DNA of 64,000 nt, taken from contig JAWKHU010000061.1 in NCBI GenBank assembly GCA_041394685.1, positions 4,684 to 68,683 of the forward strand, read 5' to 3'. The notes under the pieces were generated by a model, which made no database searches, was not told the DNA's origin, and saw nothing but the letters and a program-made list of their open reading frames with translations. The DNA comes from Vicinamibacterales bacterium (GTDB lineage: Bacteria > Acidobacteriota > Vicinamibacteria > Vicinamibacterales > UBA2999). Made by a program: the position numbers and the translations under genes. Positions 11,206 through 19,573 of the stretch are shown here, piece after piece; positions within the stretch are counted from its first letter, which is position 1; each line of letters starts with the position of its first letter.

Positions 11206-11574
11206 ATGCGGTATACTGCACTCCCCGACCGGCTCCCCAACTGCGCCATCTCGACCGCCTGGCCAGACGTGTGCGTGCCACTGGCCGACCCCACGCGGCT
11301 CCGCATCCTCGCGCTCCTCGCCAACGGGGAGATGCGTGTGCCACATCCACGCCAGCCTGAAGGTGCCGCAGCCGACGGCCTCCCGTCACCTCGCCTACCT
11401 GCGGCGGACGGGCCTGGTCGCCGCGAGGCGCGACGGTGTCTGGATGCACTACTCGCTGGCCCCACAGGCCGATCCGGTGACCGCCGCCGTCGTCGACGCC
11501 GCCCTTCACGCCCTGGGCCGCACCGAAGGTCACCTCGCGGGATGCCGTGCGGTTGCAGCGCGAGCTCGTGGCGC
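11206..11574 (+). CDS. arsR: ArsR/SmtB-family metalloregulator (one frame change near 11335; 3' end uncertain)
   Basis: [18 protein letters not shown] in one frame, then [42 protein letters not shown] in the next. These are the CVC metal site and the wHTH. As assembled the frame runs on into arsC. Confidence 0.75.
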
Positions 11575-11969
11575 GATGACGACGGTGCTCTTCGCCTGCG
11601 TCCACAACGCCGGCCGTTCCCAGATGGCGGCCGCGCTCTTCAACCGTGTGGCCGACCCGCAGAAGGCGCGGGCACGATCCGCAGGGACGGCGCCGGGCGC
11701 AGCGGTGCATCCCGAAGTGATCGCCGCGATGCAGAACTCGACGTGGACCTGTCCGGCGCCGTGCCTCAGCCGCTGACCGCGGAGGTCTACCGGCGTCCGG
11801 CTGGCTGGTGACGATGGGCTGCGGGGAGCGGTGCCCGATGAGGTACTGGCGCCCGCGTCGAGGACTGGCCGCTGCGCGATCAAGGGCCTGCCGCTCCACG
11901 GTGCGCTCCATCCGTGACGACATCGCCGTTCGTGTCGCACGCTTCGTCGACGCGCACGGGTGGCGGTAG
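11575..11969 (+). pseudogene. arsC: Arsenate reductase, LMW-PTPase family (frame changes as assembled)
   Basis: [22 protein letters not shown] carries the CX5R(S) P-loop. Then VDLSGAVPQPLTAEV and LVTMGCGERCP...IRDDIAVRVARFVDAHGWR* (stop 11967-11969) in shifted frames. Confidence 0.75.
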
Positions 11970-13292
11970 CCCACCGCTTTCAGGAACGTCCCGTCGTCGC
12001 GACCGTCCGATCCGGTGAGGCGCGCGGGGGCCGACGGTAGGCGGCGTCGTCTGCGCGGCCCTGACGCGCGCGGTCGAGGCGTGGATGTCGTCGAGCGCCG
12101 AGAGGTAGCGCGCGGCGACCAGCCCCAGTCGTGGCGGCGCGCGGTCTCGCGCCGCCTCGGCCAGCTGCGCGGGTTCTGGAGCGAGCACCATCGTGCGCAC
12201 CGCGCTGGCGAATGCGCGCGCGCATCCGGCTCGGCCAGCCAGGCATTGGCCGCGGGCATACGTGAGCACCCCGCCCGCAGCCGGCAGCAGCACCGGCACA
12301 CGAGACGCCATGGCTTCGAGTGGGCCGATACCGAAGGAGCTCGCGCAGGTTCGGGTGGACGAAGACGTCCGCTGGCGTAGAGCGCCGCGAGATCGCGCCG
12401 ATCGGCGATCGGGCCGAGCATGTGGACGCGGCCGGGCGCGCGCCGTGTGGCCTCGTCCTGCAGGGCCCGGCGGCAGGGCCCGTCGCCCGCGATCACGAGG
12501 CGATAGTCCTTCGGCGGCGCGTCCCATCGGGGTTCGCGATCGAGGCAGGCCATCATCTCCACGAGGAGGCCGAGGTTCTTCTCCGGCGAGACGCGGCCCG
12601 CGTAGAGCAGCAGCACGCTGTCGGGCCCGCCCCCGCACGCCGCGAGCAGCGCCCGCCTGAGCGACCCGTCGCGGTGCACGGGACCGAAGGCACGGTCCAC
12701 TCCCATCAGGCACACGGACAGGCTCCGGCGGCCGATCCCACAGCGCCGCCCGCAGCTCGTCCGCCGTGTACTGCGAGTTGGCGATGTGCGCGTCGAACGG
12801 CGGACCGTACACGTGCCGCAGGTACTGCCGCGACAGGGCCCGTGCCATCCGCCCACCGGAGAGATACGCGGCCACGTTGTCGTCCATCCGCTCGCAACTC
12901 AGGCCGACCAGGGTGGGACGCGTCACGCGCGGCATGTAGTGACGGCGCAGCAGGGCTGCCAGGTACGGCAGCGCGTACTTGTCGCAGATCTCGACGAGAT
13001 CGGGTTGCTCGTCGGCCAGCAGTGCCTCGACCCGGCTGCGCCGTGGCGGCAAGTACGTCGCGGGCAGCAGCAGGCGGTAGTTGGAGTCGAAGACCGGCGC
13101 CCGGCGTGCGCGCAGGTGGTAGATGCGTCCGCTTGCGCCGTATGCCTCGATCTCGTCCGCGTCGCCCGGCACCACGAGCCGCATGGCCCGGCCCGCGGCG
13201 TTCGACGCGTCGAGGAGGGCGCGATAGAAGGTACGAATCCCACCCGAGGTCGGGTGCCAGGCGTTGGTCAGGTGGAGGGTCTTGATCGCCAT
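11880..13292 (-). pseudogene. GT4-family glycosyltransferase no. 2 (at least 2 frame changes; C-terminal end uncertain, and the as-assembled tail overlaps arsC)
   Basis: MAIKTLHLTNAWHPTSGGIRTFYRALL at 13292. LLLYAGRVSPEKNLGLLVEM...YRLVIAGDGP lies in ORF 11195..12856. FGIGPLEAMASRVPVLLPAAGGV is back in ORF 11880..14990. Confidence 0.7.
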
Positions 13293-13825
13293 GACAGCGC
13301 GAAGGCGGCCATGAGGCCCGGCAGCCGGGTCAGATCGCGCCACAACGGCTGGCTGCCCTCTCCGACGATGAGGGCGCCGCGCCGCATGGCGAACAGGTTG
13401 AAGGCCGTCGTGAGACAGGTGAAGGCCATCGACACGCCGATGCTGGTCTGCAGGCGTGCCGTGCCGCGGATGGCGTGCACCGCGAACTCGCCCCCGTGCC
13501 CCAGGAGCGGCAGCAAGGCGATGGCCGCCCATGCCGCGGCGCGTGGCGGCTCGGCCTGCCTGAACGCCTGCGTGATGGCGCCGTAGCAGCCGGACGTGGC
13601 GAAGCGGAACACGAACTCGGTGACGAGCGCCGACAGGGCCGCGTCGAGCCCGGCGCCGAGATTGGCGGCGAAGAACAGCGGTCCCCGGCAGGCGGCGCTC
13701 GTGAGCGCCGCCTTGTAGTTCCAGCGGCGCACGATGAGTCGCCAGGGATCCCGGACGAGGCGCGCCAGGACGGCCCAGGGTGACAGGCCCGGCGGGATGG
13801 TGGCGTCGCCGGTCAGTACTGCCAC
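13268..13825 (-). CDS. Small polytopic membrane protein, unknown function
   Basis: Intact 185-aa ORF with about 4 hydrophobic segments. It is wedged between the two GT4 genes, with overlaps of 13 nt and 25 nt. Confidence 0.55.
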   Translation of the reverse strand: MAVLTGDATIPPGLSPWAVLARLVRDPWRLIVRRWNYKAALTSAACRGPLFFAANLGAGLDAALSALVTEFVFRFATSGCYGAITQAFRQAEPPRAAAWAAIALLPLLGHGGEFAVHAIRGTARLQTSIGVSMAFTCLTTAFNLFAMRRGALIVGEGSQPLWRDLTRLPGLMAAFALSWRSRPST

Positions 13826-14990
13826 AGCGCCGCCTGCCCCACCGTGACGCGCTCCGAGTGGCGCGCCGCCTCGCGGTAGGCCTCGAACAGCGGCGCCAGT
13901 GCGCCATCCACCGGCGGCCGAGCGCGTAGCGGCGGGCGGCCTCGCCCATCTGGCGCCGCTGATCCGGTGCGGTCAGCAGCCCGGCGAGGACCGACACCCA
14001 CTCGGCCAGCCCGCCATGGCAGATCACGCCGGACTGCCCCGGCGCGATGTTCTCCTTGGGCCCGCCGTCGCCCGAAATCACGGTCGGCAGGCCCGCGGCC
14101 TGCGCCTCGAGCACCACGTTGCCGGCCGTATCGGTGCGGCTGGGGAACACGAAGATGTCCGACGAGGCGAAGGCGTCGGCCACGGCCTCGCGTCCCAGCG
14201 ACCCGAGGAACACCGCGCCGGGGCAGGCGTCGGTCAGCATCCGGCGCGCCGGCCCGTCGCCCGCGAACACGAGCCGGTGCTCGATGCCCTGCCTCCGCAG
14301 CTCGTCGCTCATCTGCGGAAGCCGCATCACGTCCTTCTCGAGCGACAGCCGGCCCACGTAGATCAAGGCCGGACAGCTCTCCGACACCCGCCACGCGCGG
14401 CGCAGGGCGGGATCGCGCCGCTCGGGCGTGAACAGCCGCGTGTCGACACCGCGGGCCCAGATGCCCAGGCGTTCGGGCGCCATGCCGCGGCTCACCAGCA
14501 GCGCCCGCGTGTCCTCGGACGGCACGAGCACCTTGCGCGCGCGGCCGTAGAGCCAGGACATGTAGCTGCGCATGCACGCCGCCAGCCGCGTCGAGCCGCT
14601 GAGCGTGGACGTGTACGCCTCGAGGTCCGTGTGGAAGCTCCCGATGAGCGGCAGTCCCGTCCGCCGCGCCAGCCAGACCGCCGCCAGCCCGATGGGCCCC
14701 GGGGTGGTGACGTGCAGCACCTGGATGCCGTCGGCGGCCAGGCGCCGGCCGAAGCGGCGGAGCGGCGGCCAGTACATCCGCATCTCGTTGTAGAAGGGAA
14801 TGGGCATTCCGGGCGAGGCGAACGCCAGATAGTCGGGCCGGTCGGCGCCGAGCGTGGACGCCGTGTAGATGCGGGGCGCGACGTCCGGAGGCGCGTGGCC
14901 GACCAGCGCCGTCAGCGCGGTCGTCACGCCGTTCACCTTGTCGAAGTCGTTGTCGGTGAACACGGCCACGCGCAGCGGCGCCTTGAACAT
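13813..14990 (-). CDS. GT4-family glycosyltransferase no. 1 (one frame change near 13905)
   Basis: MFKAPLRVAVFTDNDFDKVNGVTTAL..., YVGRLSLEKD, VFPSRTDTAGNVVLEAQAAGLPTVISGDGGPKE (EX7E-type motif). The tail ...DGALAPLFEAYREAARHSERV* is found in ORF 13813..15012. Confidence 0.8.
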
Positions 14991-15040
14991 GGATCCTCCG
15001 GACGTCGATCACTCACGACTGCGCCACGCGGCGCGATGGC

Positions 15041-15958
15041 TCACGCCGCCAGATCGGGCACCGCGCGCAGCACGCGCGAGGGCCGGGCGACGAGATCGAA
15101 CAGCAGGTTGTGGTTGAAGCGTTCCTCGCCGACGAAGTGGACGTACGCCCCGGCGAGCGCGACGCCGACCAGCGGCAGCCCCAGCACGCCGCCCCACAAC
15201 TTCGCGTGCGCCTGCCCTCCCCACGGCCGCCGGAGGACTTCCTGAACCCGCTCCTTGTAGAACGATCCCGAGAAGCGCAGGATGTCCTCGGCCATCGTGA
15301 AGTAGCTGCCGTGGCGGCCCGTGGCGACGACGCGCCCTTCCCACAGCCCGGCCATGAACTCGTCGCGCGACGTGGCGCCCGGCACCTCGGTCCAGGTCTG
15401 CCCGACGCCGCGGCGGTGATGGGCGTCGCTTCCCGCGATGCCCCGCATGCCGGTGGCGGCGGCCAAACACTGCGCCGTACGGTTCTGCACCGGCAGCCGC
15501 GAACCGTTGATGACCTCGAGCGCATCGACCCAGGGCAGCAGTGCCGCGACGTGTGCGCCCGTCAGCGGACCGGCCACGCTGGAGCCCACGTGATTGAGCG
15601 AGGTGAAGAGGCGCTCGCGGCGCAGGTAGGGCATCAGCTCGCGGACGTCCTCACGCAACCGCTGCACCTCGACGTGTCGCGCGGGGTCGAGGCCGAAGAC
15701 GTTGAGGTGCACGCTCACGTCGGTGCCCGGAAAGCCACCCGTCACCTCGGACCCCACGATGACGTCGGGCCGATCGCCCAGCTCGAGCGCGGCGCTGATC
15801 TGATCGTGGTCGGTGATCGTCACCAGGTCCATGCCGCGCTTCCTGGCCAGCGCGTACACGCCCTCGGGCGTGTTGTAGGACTCGCGGAGCACGCTGTGGA
15901 GCGGCCAGATCGTGCTGTAGCCGGAGTGAAACGTGTGCACGTGCATGTCGAGCTTCAC
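15041..15958 (-). CDS. PHP-family metal-dependent phosphoesterase with C-terminal hydrophobic anchor
   Basis: Intact 305-aa ORF: MKLDMHVHTFHSG, VTITDHD, GSDAHH. C-terminal segment WGGVLGLPLVGVALAGAYVHFV. Confidence 0.85.
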   Translation of the reverse strand: MKLDMHVHTFHSGYSTIWPLHSVLRESYNTPEGVYALARKRGMDLVTITDHDQISAALELGDRPDVIVGSEVTGGFPGTDVSVHLNVFGLDPARHVEVQRLREDVRELMPYLRRERLFTSLNHVGSSVAGPLTGAHVAALLPWVDALEVINGSRLPVQNRTAQCLAAATGMRGIAGSDAHHRRGVGQTWTEVPGATSRDEFMAGLWEGRVVATGRHGSYFTMAEDILRFSGSFYKERVQEVLRRPWGGQAHAKLWGGVLGLPLVGVALAGAYVHFVGEERFNHNLLFDLVARPSRVLRAVPDLAA

Positions 15959-16083
15959 CTGAGCCTCCTTTCGTCCACGGGTCGTGGTCGAGGGGAGTAT
16001 GGAGGCCCGGAACGACGCCGCCGTTGCGCCCGGGTCACGGTTCTGGAAATTCCGGGCGTCTGCCCGATAACGTCGAACGCGTG

Positions 16084-16821
16084 TTACCTGGAGCGGTCGC
16101 GCACGTCAACGTGCGAGGTGTCGCGCGGCTGGTGGTGCAGGAGCTCCGAGACGAAGTTCCGCACGTAGAGGCGGAACACGGCCCCCTTGCCCATCGCCGT
16201 GTAGCGCCGGGCGGACGTGTAGAGGAAACAGTCGTAGCGCAGCGCGACGTCGCCAACGGCGTGCAGCCGCCGGCCCAGGTTGGTGTCCTCCCCGTGGAAC
16301 TCGATGGTGGTGTCGAACCCGCCGATGCGCCGGAGCGCCTCCGCGCGCACCGCGAAGTTCCCGCCGTAGAAGACGACCCCCATGTCGAGCAGGTACTTGA
16401 CCAGCACGTGCGTGGCCGGACCGAGCGTGAGGTCGTAGGCACGCAGCAGCGTGCGCCCCCACCAGTCCCAGTCGTAGAAGCGGTAGTTGCCCGACAGCGC
16501 GATCAGCTCCGGCCGGCGGAGGAAGCAGGCCTCGACGCGGGCCAGCCACTCGAGGGGCGCCCGGCAGTCCGCGTCCACGTAGACGAGCAGGTCGCCGGTC
16601 GCGGCGTGGCGGCCGCGCTCGCGCGCCACCACGAGGCCCTTGCGCGGCTCGTGCACCACGCGCACGCCGGGGATGGCGCCGGCGACCTCCCCGGTGCGAT
16701 CCGCGCTGGCGTTGTCGATGACGACGATCTCGTCGGGCGCGCGCGTCTGCGCCAGCAGCGAGTGCAGGCACGGCCCGAGGAAGGCCTCCTCGTTGTGCGC
16801 GCAGACGATGACGCTGATCGT
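16084..16821 (-). CDS. GT2-family glycosyltransferase
   Basis: MTISVIVCAHNEEAFLGPCLHSLLAQT, VVIDNASAD, VYVDADC (DxD). I chose the start at the internal M, 20 codons into ORF 16084..16881. Confidence 0.85.
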   Translation of the reverse strand, partial: TISVIVCAHNEEAFLGPCLHSLLAQTRAPDEIVVIDNASADRTGEVAGAIPGVRVVHEPRKGLVVARERGRHAATGDLLVYVDADCRAPLEWLARVEACFLRRPELIALSGNYRFYDWDWWGRTLLRAYDLTLGPATHVLVKYLLDMGVVFYGGNFAVRAEALRRIGGFDTTIEFHGEDTNLGRRLHAVGDVALRYDCFLYTSARRYTAMGKGAVFRLYVRNFVSELLHHQPRDTSHVDVRDRSR

Positions 16822-16874
16822 CATCCGGGGTGGCGTCCGTCCGAGACGGTCACACCGTCCACGGTACGACCGCC

Positions 16875-16914
16875 GCGTCACGCCGGTTCGTCGGCGGCGT
16901 GACGCACGCGTTAA
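16875..16914 (-). promoter_or_regulatory. Divergent-promoter structure: 11-bp perfect inverted repeat plus TTAACG-N5-GTCACG half Pho-box-like site facing the GT2 operon
   Basis: GCGTCACGCCG (16875-85) pairs with CGGCGTGACGC (16895-905). The minus strand reads TTAACGcgtgcGTCACG (16914..16898). That is identical in both hexamers and in spacing to the centre of the 18404..18442 array. It lies 76 nt upstream of the GT2 ATG. Confidence 0.4.
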
Positions 16915-16932
16915 CTGTTATGCTGACGGCGC

Positions 16933-18195
16933 ATGCGAAACGTGCTGGCGCTCATCCTGGGCGGCGGTCGAGGCACCCGGCTGCATCCCCTTACCGAGCT
17001 GCGTTCCAAGCCCGCGGTTCCCATCGGCGGCAAGTACCGGCTCATCGACGTCCCGATCAGCAACTGCCTGCACGCGGAGCTCCGGCGGATCTTCGTGCTC
17101 ACGCAGTTCAACTCGGCGTCGCTCAACCGCCACGTCAACAGCGCCTATCGCATGGACCTGTTCTCGCGCGGGTTCGTCGAGATCCTGGCCGCCGAGCAGA
17201 CGCCGCAGTCCACGGCGTGGTACCAGGGCACGGCCGACGCCGTCCGCAAGGCCCGCCGCCATTTCATCGAGCACGAGGCGGACTACTACCTGATCCTCGC
17301 CGGCGATCACCTCTACCGCATGCACTACGCGGAGCTGCTGGCGGCGCACGTGGACGCCGGCGCCGACATCACCATCGCGGCGCTGCCGGCCAACGAAGAA
17401 GACGCGACGGGCATGGGCATCTTCTCCTTCGACCCGCAGGGGCGCATCACCGGGTTCGAGGAGAAGCCGTCGGTCGAGCGGCTGCGGGTCCTGGGCCCGA
17501 GCCTCACCTCGGCGCCGGGCTTCCTGGCCAGCGATCCGGACCGGCCTTACATCGCGTCGATGGGCATCTACCTGTTCTCGCGCCGTGTGCTGCTCGAACT
17601 GCTCGAGCAGGAGTCGGGCGACGACTTCGGGCGCGAGCTGATCCCGGCGGCGCTGGGGCGCTACAAGGTTCGCGCCTACGCCCATCACGGCTACTGGGCG
17701 GACGTGGGCACCATCGGCAGCTTCTACGACGCCAACATGATGCTGACGCGTCCCGACGCACCGTTCAGCTTCTACGACCCCAACTACCCCACCTACACGC
17801 ACGCGCGGTTCCTGCCCCCGTCGAAGGTGTCGGGCAGCCAGTTGCAGAACGTCCTCGTGGCCGAGGGCTGCTTCGTGCAGGACGCGAGCATTGCGGACTC
17901 CGTCGTCGGCATCCGCGCCTCCGTGGGCGCCGGGTCGGACATCCGCCGCTCGGTGCTCCTCGGCGCCGATGCCTACGAGGGCGAGGGTGCCGCGCCCGGC
18001 CTGCCTCCCATGGGCATCGGCAGGAACGTCGTCCTCGACCGCGTCATCGTGGACAAGAACGCCCGCATCGGCGACGGCGCGCGCCTGGTCAACGCGGCTG
18101 GTGTGGACGAGGTGGACGGGCCCGGGTACTACATCCGCAACGGCATCATCATCGTGCCCAAGGGGGGCGTTATCGAGGCAGGGGCGACTGTGTAG
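16933..18195 (+). CDS. glgC: Glucose-1-phosphate adenylyltransferase
   Basis: Intact 420-aa ORF: LILGGGRGTRLHPLTELRSKPAVPIGGKYRLIDVPISNC, WYQGTADAV, a left-handed beta-helix tail. Confidence 0.93.
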   Translation: MRNVLALILGGGRGTRLHPLTELRSKPAVPIGGKYRLIDVPISNCLHAELRRIFVLTQFNSASLNRHVNSAYRMDLFSRGFVEILAAEQTPQSTAWYQGTADAVRKARRHFIEHEADYYLILAGDHLYRMHYAELLAAHVDAGADITIAALPANEEDATGMGIFSFDPQGRITGFEEKPSVERLRVLGPSLTSAPGFLASDPDRPYIASMGIYLFSRRVLLELLEQESGDDFGRELIPAALGRYKVRAYAHHGYWADVGTIGSFYDANMMLTRPDAPFSFYDPNYPTYTHARFLPPSKVSGSQLQNVLVAEGCFVQDASIADSVVGIRASVGAGSDIRRSVLLGADAYEGEGAAPGLPPMGIGRNVVLDRVIVDKNARIGDGARLVNAAGVDEVDGPGYYIRNGIIIVPKGGVIEAGATV

Positions 18196-18205
18196 GGCGC
18201 CGTCC

Positions 18206-18237
18206 ATTGACAATTGAAAATTGTCAATCGGCGATTG
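18206..18237. other. AT-rich nested palindromes immediately after glgC (weak terminator or protein-binding site)
   Basis: ATTGACAATT-gaa-AATTGTCAAT is a perfect 10-bp inverted repeat (18206-18228). It overlaps CAATCG-g-CGATTG (18225-18237). Local GC is far below the window average. Confidence 0.45.
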
Positions 18238-18252
18238 ATTGCCGCACTGCCC

Positions 18253-18400
18253 ATTGGCGCATTGGCGCAATCGAATGGCGCAATGCCTCACTGCCTCAAT
18301 GGCCCAATCTTCCCGATCGCACACCAGCACCTCAGCGCCGCACCCTGCACCCTGCACTCGCACTCGGCACGCGGAACCAGGCACCCTGCACCTCTCGACG
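18253..18400. repeat. Low-complexity micro-tandem repeats in the glgC/regulator spacer
   Basis: ATTGGCGC x2 (18253-18268, period 8) plus AATGGCGC (18274-81). CACCCTG x2 (18341-54, period 7). CACTCG x2 (18355-66, period 6). Confidence 0.6.
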
Positions 18401-18403
18401 CGC

Positions 18404-18442
18404 GTAACCTACATTTAACGACACCGTCACGGCCCGGAAACC
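18404..18442 (+). promoter_or_regulatory. Candidate Pho-box array upstream of the response regulator (four hexamers at exact 11-bp phasing)
   Basis: GTAACC tacat TTAACG acacc GTCACG gcccg GAAACC. It aligns unit for unit with the pstS array at 23598..23636. It ends 47 nt before the ATG at 18490. Confidence 0.5.
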
Positions 18443-18489
18443 TCCCCCCGCTACCGTGGACTCTGGTAATGCCCCCAGAGGATTCACGG

Positions 18490-19239
18490 ATGCAGTCGAG
18501 CGCAGTACGCCAGAGCGAATCACAGACCAGTGCCCTGCCCGGGCGCGCGGGACATCGGACGCGTGTCCTCGTCGTCGAGGACGAGGGCGACATCGCCGGC
18601 CTGATCCGCCACACGCTGGAACGCGGCGGCGAGATGACGGTCGAGGTAGCCACCAGCGGAGACCAGGCCCTCAAGCTCGCGGGTGAGCAGCCGCCGGACC
18701 TGATCGTGCTGGACCTCAACCTGCCCGTGCTGGGCGGCCTCGAGGTCTGCCGGCTCCTGCGTTCCCGCGCCGCCACGGCGCGCGTGCCCATCATCATGCT
18801 GACGGCGCGCACGAGCGAAGGGGACCGCGTCACGGGCCTCGACGCCGGCGCCGACGACTACGTGACCAAGCCGTTCAGCCTGCGCGAGCTCTCGGCCCGC
18901 GTTCGGGCCGTGCTGCGCCGCGGCCGCGGCGAGGAGGCGGCGGCGCCCGCCATCTACCGTGGCCGGCACCTGGTCGCCGATTTCGACGCCGTCGCCATCG
19001 CGGTGGACGGCGAGAGCGTCCGCCTCACGCGGCGCGAGTTCGAGCTGCTGCGCTATCTCGTGGAGAACCGCAACCGCGTGCTGTCACGCGACCGGCTGCT
19101 TGAGCGGGTGTGGGGCTACGACCGCCTGATCGAAACGCGGTCGGTGGACGTGCACGTCGGCCGCCTGCGCGGCAAGCTGGGCGAAGCCGGCAAGCAGATC
19201 GAAACCGTCGTCGGCCTCGGCTACCGCTTCGTCGAGTAG
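18490..19239 (+). CDS. OmpR/PhoB-family response regulator (candidate PhoB/PhoP; no adjacent kinase)
   Basis: Internal start MQSSAVRQ... of ORF 18214..19239. Receiver motifs VLVVEDE, DLIVLDLNLP, DDYVTKPF. Winged helix LTRREFELLRYLVEN...VDVHVGRLRGKL...GLGYRF. Confidence 0.9.
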   Translation: MQSSAVRQSESQTSALPGRAGHRTRVLVVEDEGDIAGLIRHTLERGGEMTVEVATSGDQALKLAGEQPPDLIVLDLNLPVLGGLEVCRLLRSRAATARVPIIMLTARTSEGDRVTGLDAGADDYVTKPFSLRELSARVRAVLRRGRGEEAAAPAIYRGRHLVADFDAVAIAVDGESVRLTRREFELLRYLVENRNRVLSRDRLLERVWGYDRLIETRSVDVHVGRLRGKLGEAGKQIETVVGLGYRFVE

Positions 19240-19264
19240 CCGCGGCTGGCGGCGCGGCCCGCCC

Positions 19265-19513
19265 TTACTCCAGCGTCCATCCGGCCTGCTGGAGCTCCGA
19301 CGCCTGGATCGCGATGACGCGCCGGGCGCGCTCCACGCGATGCCAGTCGTGGTAGTTCACGCGACGCACCAGGCGGCTGTCGCGCTCCTCCCTGACTTCC
19401 CATCCCGATTCGGTTGATCGAATTGTGAATCGCCGCGTGTGGCCGGCGTTGCGAAGGCTTCTCGTGAACATGGACCGACTGCTCGATCCTGCACCGGAGA
19501 GCAGGCGGTCCAT
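19265..19513 (-). CDS. Small conserved-looking hypothetical protein (82 aa; alternative start M15 at 19471)
   Basis: RFTIRSTESGWEVREERDSRLVRRVNYHDWHRVERA has non-repetitive, mixed composition, unlike the GC-artefact ORFs. It is preceded by an AT-rich spacer (19540-19576). Confidence 0.45.
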   Translation of the reverse strand: MDRLLSGAGSSSRSMFTRSLRNAGHTRRFTIRSTESGWEVREERDSRLVRRVNYHDWHRVERARRVIAIQASELQQAGWTLE

Positions 19514-19573
19514 GCGTAAATTCGGTGTAAACGCCGACGGTCAATAGACCAAAAGCTCAATTAAATCAAATAT

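Noticed and set aside
11206-11969. A genuine ArsR-ArsC fusion protein.
   Set aside because: The read-through depends on a region that already needs at least one frame correction. An out-of-frame ATGA stop/start overlap typical of separate coupled genes is present at 11575-11578. I treat it as unresolved (see the arsenic-island finding) rather than as a fusion.
16911-16928. Plus-strand TTAACT-n5-GCTGAC just upstream of glgC, considered as a Pho box for glgC.
   Set aside because: It ends only 5 nt before the glgC ATG. The second hexamer does not match the units of the two four-unit arrays. The TTAAC here is better explained as the minus-strand TTAACG unit facing the GT operon, since GTTAAC is palindromic.
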